From IMG/VR virus record IMGVR_UViG_3300028569_000021, positions 29,778 to 93,777 of that record: a stretch of DNA of 64,000 bases. One strand, 5' to 3'. Under the pieces are notes generated by a model. It saw only the letters and a program-made list of their open reading frames with translations. It had not been told where the DNA came from and made no database searches. The DNA is from a virus. Each line of letters begins with the position of its first letter. Within the stretch, counting starts at the first letter, position 1. Shown in pieces: positions 58,928 through 64,000 of the stretch. The translations under genes and the position numbers were made by a program.

Positions 58928-59402
58928 TAAAACCGTAAAGTATATATTAGAGGAAGCTGCTACAAGGCCTCCTTTTGAAATGTTATCGGAATTAAACTAT
59001 TCTAGTATTTTACTACTACAAAATAAACAGCATTATATAGGAAGAAATGCGTTTGGAAAAGTTTTTGATATTAAAAAAGGTAAGTTGTTTTATGGGCCTA
59101 GATCTAGAGCTAATGGCATGATACTCATTAAAGGACGTAATGAATGGATAAAAAATATTAAAAAGAACTGGCGTAAGGGACATATTGTAGGGGGAGGTGA
59201 ACTAAGAAGATACTTAGATTCTGCGTCTAGAGAAAAAGTTATAAATGATGATGATATAAAATATGTTGTTAACGATTTAAGTATACTTCCTAAGTTTACA
59301 ACACTATTTACTGGTAAGTTAGTTTATCTTGAACCAACAGATTGGGAACAAGCACCACAAGAAGTAAAGAATGTATTTACGGATATGTTCGAAGAGATGT
59401 AA
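58914..59402 (+). CDS. array member 5
   Basis: MVNFNKTVKYILEE; ends EVKNVFTDMFEEM. Confidence 0.75.
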   Translation: MVNFNKTVKYILEEAATRPPFEMLSELNYSSILLLQNKQHYIGRNAFGKVFDIKKGKLFYGPRSRANGMILIKGRNEWIKNIKKNWRKGHIVGGGELRRYLDSASREKVINDDDIKYVVNDLSILPKFTTLFTGKLVYLEPTDWEQAPQEVKNVFTDMFEEM

Positions 59403-59516
59403 ATACTAATATGACTTTTGATGAAGAGTTAATTGTATAAAAGAGAAGCAACAAGAAGAGCATAAGTTCATTCTTATTGACCCATCAGAATATCAAACAG
59501 CAATAATTTATTCTTA

Positions 59517-59537
59517 AATAGCTGTAAGCCCCTCGTC
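59517..59537 (+). repeat. 21-nt direct repeat, right copy
   Basis: AATAGCTGTAAGCCCCTCGTC. Confidence 0.8.
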
Positions 59538-59548
59538 CGCAATTTTTT

Positions 59549-59947
59549 TTATACGTAACCAAGAGCTACTAATCGTCTAAATCTCTTTTCTCCACATTCA
59601 TCGCTATGAGCGTACATATCAAATGTTGGATCGCAAGTTATACAACCGGCATCACCCTCAGTTACAATAGCGATTCCGTATCCTCCGTTGTCTACCCAAG
59701 TAGCTTCCCAAGGAAGTTTATTATTATCTGCTCCGGCAATAGCAGGCCAGGATCCTGGATTAGCTTTATCTATTAAATGCCATTCTTGGGTTGGAAGGGA
59801 TTCGAAATATTGAACACTAAATGTTATAGCACCGACTACTCTTTCCCAAGAGTCTTTTCCATTTACTGGAGAGGCAAGTGTATATACTCCGTTAGGATTA
59901 ACTCCACCAACGTCATTTAAACTACAAACTGTAATATTAGCTGCCAT
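59549..59947 (-). CDS. hypothetical late protein, Trp/Gly-rich
   Basis: TAAATA-N5-ATG. Confidence 0.65.
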   Translation of the reverse strand: MAANITVCSLNDVGGVNPNGVYTLASPVNGKDSWERVVGAITFSVQYFESLPTQEWHLIDKANPGSWPAIAGADNNKLPWEATWVDNGGYGIAIVTEGDAGCITCDPTFDMYAHSDECGEKRFRRLVALGYV

Positions 59948-60137
59948 GACTTTATTTATCCTTTTTTGTATAATTTAAAACGAAAAAAACGCGCAAAAAA
60001 AATTTTTCCAAATGGCGAATTCTAGAAACCAAAAATCGCGTAAAAATTCGGAAGCATGGGTATACCTTACTAAAAAAGTTCTATATATACATCACAAATT
60101 CCCGTACTGTGTTCTAATAGAACGTTGTCTAATAGAG

Positions 60138-60179
60138 AGAGGTGGTAGAGAGAGACACCACTAACTCTCTACCACCTCT
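60138..60179. repeat. perfect 15-bp inverted repeat with 12-nt loop
   Basis: AGAGGTGGTAGAGAG / CTCTCTACCACCTCT. Confidence 0.85.
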
Positions 60180-60199
60180 ATTGTATCTGATCTAAGCTG

Positions 60200-60352
60200 T
60201 TAGATCTCTTCGTCTTCCTCTACATCATACACCTCTGGTGTGTTGTCGAGTTGTTGCAACGTGTTGAGTTCGTCTTGTTCTTGTGTGCTAAGTACACCCT
60301 TGTCTTGCTTACTAACTAGTTCGTACATACGAGCTTCTTGTTCTGTTGTCAA
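60200..60352 (-). CDS. 50-aa acidic hypothetical protein missing from the ORF track
   Basis: TTG start overlapping the upstream TGA; MTTEQEARMYELV...EEDEEI. Confidence 0.55.
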   Translation of the reverse strand: MTTEQEARMYELVSKQDKGVLSTQEQDELNTLQQLDNTPEVYDVEEDEEI

Positions 60353-60657
60353 TATAAACACCCCCTTGTCTTGTCCTCGAGACCGAGTAGCCGAGATACC
60401 ATATCTACTGCTCCCCTATCCCTTCCACCAATGTGCCAATCATATGACTCCATTGGCGTGCTTGTTGTCTTCCAATCATATATAGTTGCTACTACATTGT
60501 TGGGAAATTCTATATGCCATTCACACGTGACCTTACCATCACCACTACGACCTACAATGGGCTCTCCTAGCTTCTCCACCAGGTAGTCGTATGTTGTTGT
60601 GATAAATCCTTTAAGGGATGTACCGTTTGTCATTATTGTATTAGTATTGATCTTCAT
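60349..60657 (-). CDS. small early phage protein
   Basis: GTSLKG...LGEP...DGKVTCEW...ATIYDWK...WHIGG pattern. Confidence 0.75.
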   Translation of the reverse strand: MKINTNTIMTNGTSLKGFITTTYDYLVEKLGEPIVGRSGDGKVTCEWHIEFPNNVVATIYDWKTTSTPMESYDWHIGGRDRGAVDMVSRLLGLEDKTRGCLY

Positions 60658-61079
60658 TTGATTGTGATGATGTATGGATACTCTTGCATGAATGGATTGA
60701 GTACCTTATTGCCTTTGAGTGTGACACTATATGTCTTACCTACCTCGAGTTTACTATACAGCTCGTCGCTGTTGAAGATCTGAATAGGTAGTACGAAGTT
60801 CTGTACCTCATACACTCCCTTATCAGTCCCTACCATGTAGTCATGCTTATCTACATAGAGTCTCTGTACAGTGATCTGTTCGTCTCGCTCTGGTCCGAAC
60901 CCATCCGTACCTGTAACGAAGTTGATACCAGTGATGATAGCCAGTACAGCTACAACGAAGATCAACGGACCAACTAAGGCTGTAGTGACCGTCGCCAGAA
61001 TACTATCAGTGATATAGTCAATCATACGATCGAATGCTTTGTTTAGTTTGTACTTCATTGTGGTGTTCTTATTTTTCAT
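60654..61079 (-). CDS. membrane-anchored protein, DUF1523-like
   Basis: TM segment then YMVGTDKGVYE...FNSDELY..LEVGKTY...YPYII; promoter at N6. Confidence 0.6.
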   Translation of the reverse strand: MKNKNTTMKYKLNKAFDRMIDYITDSILATVTTALVGPLIFVVAVLAIITGINFVTGTDGFGPERDEQITVQRLYVDKHDYMVGTDKGVYEVQNFVLPIQIFNSDELYSKLEVGKTYSVTLKGNKVLNPFMQEYPYIITIK

Positions 61080-61121
61080 ACTATCAGTATAGCTGCTCAT
61101 TGAAGGAAGGTCAACGGTTTT

Positions 61122-61304
61122 TCAGTCGAATGAATACATCCTTGCATCTTTATCAGCTGCAGCATAGTTTTTTGCTAGTGCCTCAGCGCTCTCCTTGGTT
61201 GCTTGTCCCTCCGAGATTTGCATCCATTGGCCTTTACCAATATACCCGACAACAAAATATAAAGGACACTTGACAGACTTTTTAACGACCTTGTAGTTCT
61301 TCAT
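61122..61304 (-). CDS. small early hypothetical protein
   Basis: ATG 10 nt after the -10 box. Confidence 0.65.
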   Translation of the reverse strand: MKNYKVVKKSVKCPLYFVVGYIGKGQWMQISEGQATKESAEALAKNYAAADKDARMYSFD

Positions 61305-61420
61305 TACAGTATTGATATTAGTGTGTGTTGGTGGACAGTTCAAGCTTGAAGTTGTACAATAAATCCACCAACACTAGAACTCAAAGGATTACCCGAAGAC
61401 AACGTGAATCTGACTTCATG

Positions 61421-61636
61421 TTACCAGACAGAATTCATAGCGTCAGCCTGCTGATCAGCCCACACTTCAGCCGTATCTTGGAAGTGTTTAAGTGCCTTCT
61501 CTTTGGACTCCCCATCTTGGATATGCTTCATGATATCTTTAATTGTCCAGCATTCAACAATCACATCCCAGCCGCCATCGTTGTAATGTTCTTGGGCGTA
61601 GTTGTAAATGTATTGAGCAATTTTTTCTTTGTTCAT
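61421..61636 (-). CDS. small early hypothetical protein
   Basis: YA.EHYNDGGWDVIVECW; ATG 10 nt after the -10 box. Confidence 0.7.
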   Translation of the reverse strand: MNKEKIAQYIYNYAQEHYNDGGWDVIVECWTIKDIMKHIQDGESKEKALKHFQDTAEVWADQQADAMNSVW

Positions 61637-61671
61637 AACAGATAAGAGTGTAGAGGTTTTGGGTGGACAGG

Positions 61672-61866
61672 TCAACCTCTTTGCTGGAGGACCTTGAACT
61701 CCTTATCAAGGTCCTCCAGCTCCTTCTCCAGTCCCACTAGCTCGGCAAGCAAAGCATTCAGTCGGGCGTTCTTCGGATCGTACATATCCAGAAGAGTATC
61801 CTGATGCTTCTTCACCTGTTCGGTTGCGCCGCCGAGTTCTGCACGTTGTATGTAAATATTATTCAT
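61672..61866 (-). CDS. small early coiled-coil protein
   Basis: ORF track; degenerate promoter repeat upstream. Confidence 0.6.
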   Translation of the reverse strand: MNNIYIQRAELGGATEQVKKHQDTLLDMYDPKNARLNALLAELVGLEKELEDLDKEFKVLQQRG

Positions 61867-61990
61867 TGTGTGTATTGTGGCTGCTCTGAGGAGGAACTAC
61901 CAGCTGATTCTTCGATTGTTCTATAAGCTTGACTGTCCAGCTCGGCTAGCCAATCATCATAGCCGGGCCAGACCTCTTGATCGTCGCTAT

Positions 61991-62176
61991 TCATAGATTG
62001 AATTTTAATTTGATATCCTGAATCAATTGCTGTAGCCAGGCAAGTGCAACGAGTGCAAATAATACGAACGGTACGAACGATTCATTGAGCTTACTCCCTC
62101 TCCGGTCGATAGCTTCTATTAACCGGTCGATAGCTGCTAGCAAACGATCAAGAGTTGATAGCCTTGTTTGTCTCAT
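61991..62176 (-). CDS. small early membrane protein
   Basis: One TM segment FVPFVLFALVALAWL. Confidence 0.55.
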   Translation of the reverse strand: MRQTRLSTLDRLLAAIDRLIEAIDRRGSKLNESFVPFVLFALVALAWLQQLIQDIKLKFNL

Positions 62177-62296
62177 TAGTTTCTATAGCGAAGTAATTGA
62201 TTTGTTTTTTATAATTTAAACGTTCTTCTTATATGATGTACCTATTATAATGACGGAACTACTAGAGGAGTGTAACTATTAGAGGTTTGTCTCTCA

Positions 62297-62509
62297 TTAG
62301 ACCGCGCATGCGTAGTGCACATCTATCACCATATCGAATGAACCATGCTGCTTATAGAGGCTGACCATCTCGTGATTTACATCCGAGCTCCCTACCTCCT
62401 CCGCTCCGTTCTCGATTAGACTGTCTGCAGCTGCGCGACGCATAAGGTGCCGTTCGACAAATGGGAGGCTCTTATACTCCTCCATGATTTCGTGGAATGT
62501 TTTTTTCAT
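62297..62509 (-). CDS. small early hypothetical protein
   Basis: ORF track. Confidence 0.6.
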   Translation of the reverse strand: MKKTFHEIMEEYKSLPFVERHLMRRAAADSLIENGAEEVGSSDVNHEMVSLYKQHGSFDMVIDVHYACAV

Positions 62510-62611
62510 ATAATTAGCGCTTTTTGATACCGACTTTGATTCGTTTAGTTGTTGCGTAGAAGTAGATGTTTTTCATTACAGGTAAGATGATATAGGAACT
62601 AGTGGAGGAAC

Positions 62612-62854
62612 TCAAGCTGGAAATGCTGGATATTGCCAATATTGGGTGTTGAAGGAGGTCACGTAATGTTCGCCAGTACTATGAGGCATACCCGAGAACA
62701 CCTCTTCACCGGTCTCATCATCCTTGACGATCACGAGGTCATCGGCACGGCCTTTCACAATGTACTTGACTCGCCGGGCTTCTTTGACGAGACTCTTGAA
62801 GTGTGCTGAAGTTATAACGCGGACGAATGATTTGATTTGTGTTGGTGTGTTCAT
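62612..62854 (-). CDS. small early hypothetical protein
   Basis: ORF track; partial promoter repeat upstream. Confidence 0.65.
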   Translation of the reverse strand: MNTPTQIKSFVRVITSAHFKSLVKEARRVKYIVKGRADDLVIVKDDETGEEVFSGMPHSTGEHYVTSFNTQYWQYPAFPA

Positions 62855-62929
62855 TACAGGATTGATATTAGTGTGTGTTGGTATTCATTACAGATAAGAC
62901 TATAGAGATTTCAGTTGGACAGCTCAAGA

Positions 62930-63178
62930 TTATTCTTCATCATCTTCATCTTCTTCAAGATCATCAAGAGCTTCTTGATATGCTTCAAGCACATCATTCA
63001 CTCTATCTACTTTACATGCAATACCATCCTCAAGAAAGATGATATCCCAATTGTCATCACCAATAATCTCTCCAACTATATCGAGATCAACACCTTCTGG
63101 TGCTTTTAAGAAGACTACATCAGCGTGAATGTGAACTTGTTCAATTTTCATTTTGTTTGATTTGGATTTGTTTTTCAT
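62930..63178 (-). CDS. small, very acidic early protein
   Basis: Ends DDLEEDEDDEE; ATG 10 nt after the -10 box. Confidence 0.65.
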   Translation of the reverse strand: MKNKSKSNKMKIEQVHIHADVVFLKAPEGVDLDIVGEIIGDDNWDIIFLEDGIACKVDRVNDVLEAYQEALDDLEEDEDDEE

Positions 63179-63218
63179 TACAGATAAGAGTATAGAAGTT
63201 TTGATAGGACAGTTCAAG

Positions 63219-63258
63219 AAAAAAGAGTCTCTCTAACCTCTTCAGTCAGAGAGACTCT
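63219..63258 (-). terminator. intrinsic terminator abutting the next promoter
   Basis: AGAGTCTCTCT...AGAGAGACTCT hairpin, then a T-run leading into TTGAAC on the minus strand. Confidence 0.7.
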
Positions 63259-63273
63259 ATAACTCTTTGTGAA

Positions 63274-63537
63274 TTAATCACATAAACAATTTTGAGCCCA
63301 CTCTCTTACTTCTGTCATCCAACTCTCGTAAGTACAAGACTTTACATCCATATCTGTAAAGTCTTGTGGACCATATCGTTCTTCATACTCTTTTAAACTC
63401 ATTGCAAAGAAAGGAGTATCAAACATTACTTCAGTTAAGTTTGTATCTTCTTTATCTAAAAGAGTTTGCAAATGTTGCTCGTCTTTTACGTCAGTTAAGT
63501 TAACAATTGTTTCTGCTTCGTTGTCTAGTATTTTCAT
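63274..63537 (-). CDS. small acidic early protein
   Basis: ORF track; own promoter. Confidence 0.65.
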   Translation of the reverse strand: MKILDNEAETIVNLTDVKDEQHLQTLLDKEDTNLTEVMFDTPFFAMSLKEYEERYGPQDFTDMDVKSCTYESWMTEVREWAQNCLCD

Positions 63538-63643
63538 TAGATTTATATATTAGGTGCTCCGGGGGGAACAATCAAGGAGGAATTTTATATATTGTTTTCT
63601 GCTGTTTGTCCTTGCGGTCCCTTTGGTTTCCGCTAAAACAATA

Positions 63644-63820
63644 TCACTCTGTCATTTTAGATTGTTCTATCGAGCGTTTAAGGTAGGATAGAGTCTGAGT
63701 CTCATTGCTTAGAAGCCGGAGCCCATTAATGGTAGCGGTTAGAAAGCCGATGATGTAATCTTTGGACTCACCTCTCTTCTCCAGGTTTGTCACGATCTGT
63801 TGTGCGTAGTTGGTATTCAT
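63644..63820 (-). CDS. small early hypothetical protein
   Basis: ATG 10 nt after the -10 box. Confidence 0.6.
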   Translation of the reverse strand: MNTNYAQQIVTNLEKRGESKDYIIGFLTATINGLRLLSNETQTLSYLKRSIEQSKMTE

Positions 63821-63859
63821 TACAGATAAGAGTGTAGTGGCTATTGTGAGGAACGTCAA

Positions 63860-64000
63860 TTAGAAATTCATTGCGTCGTCGACAATTTCTGTATCTCCAT
63901 TGCTCATCTTGATAACCACTTGAAGAGATTGATTTGGTTTTTCATCCCCAAACCATTTCTCGACAAAGCTAAAGTCATCTGCATCAAGAAGCATCATAGT
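63860..64000 (-). CDS. 3' part of a small early protein, truncated at the window edge
   Basis: Open frame ...MLLDADDFSFVEKWFG...DDAMNF*; stop abuts the next -35 box. Confidence 0.5.
   Translation of the reverse strand, partial: TMMLLDADDFSFVEKWFGDEKPNQSLQVVIKMSNGDTEIVDDAMNF

Larger units (their letters stand above)
61080..63859 (-). promoter_or_regulatory. series of related sigma70-like early promoters
   Basis: TTGAnn-N17 (with TCC near its start)-TAnnnT; -35 boxes start at 61114, 61343, 61675, 62615, 62927, 63217, 63575, 63859; recurrent CTTATCTGTA-ATG. Confidence 0.8.

Noticed and set aside
57075-59402. Array as a diversity-generating retroelement or integron
   Set aside because: No reverse transcriptase, adenine-specific TR/VR pair, integrase or attC-like palindromes seen in the window.
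61122-63859. Apparent shared N-terminal peptide (MNCPPTHTNINTV, MTCPPKTSTLLSV, MNCPIKTSILLSV, MTFLTIATTLLSV) in four ORF-track proteins
   Set aside because: The TTG 'start' is the -35 box, exactly 39 nt before the real ATG; the peptide is translated promoter DNA.
61080-63859. Repeats as a CRISPR array
   Set aside because: Repeats are degenerate promoters separated by 200-900 nt of coding sequence; no cas genes.

Overview
AT-rich segment of a large T4-like (myovirus/jumbo-type) dsDNA phage genome; no host chromosomal genes are evident. 1-24.5 kb is a T4-style replication/recombination module (primase, sliding clamp, gp32 SSB, gp41 helicase, UvsX, family-B polymerase, gp46/47, gp55 late sigma, UvsW, UvsY) with auxiliary genes inserted (Gat, heme oxygenase + PcyA-like bilin reductase, QueC, glycosyltransferases). 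25-49 kb holds folE/queD/queE, phoH, a tmRNA with an unusually long tag, tRNA-Ser(GCT), a lysis cassette, a glycosyl/methyltransferase island and many orphan late genes. 49.9-59.5 kb holds a MoxR-type AAA+/VWA-metallopeptidase pair and a set of otherwise unrelated proteins that share an N-terminal T4 capsid-targeting-like leader and a conserved acidic C-terminal tag (V-x-x-[TVI]-F-x-D-h-x-x-E-L), partly in a translationally coupled array flanked by direct repeats; this is the best candidate for an undescribed system. 60-64 kb is a GC-richer early region of tiny genes, most with their own repeated sigma70-like promoter. Read by eye, three promoter classes sit 5-10 nt from start codons with no Shine-Dalgarno sequence, implying largely leaderless translation. 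All family calls are from motif recognition without database searches.
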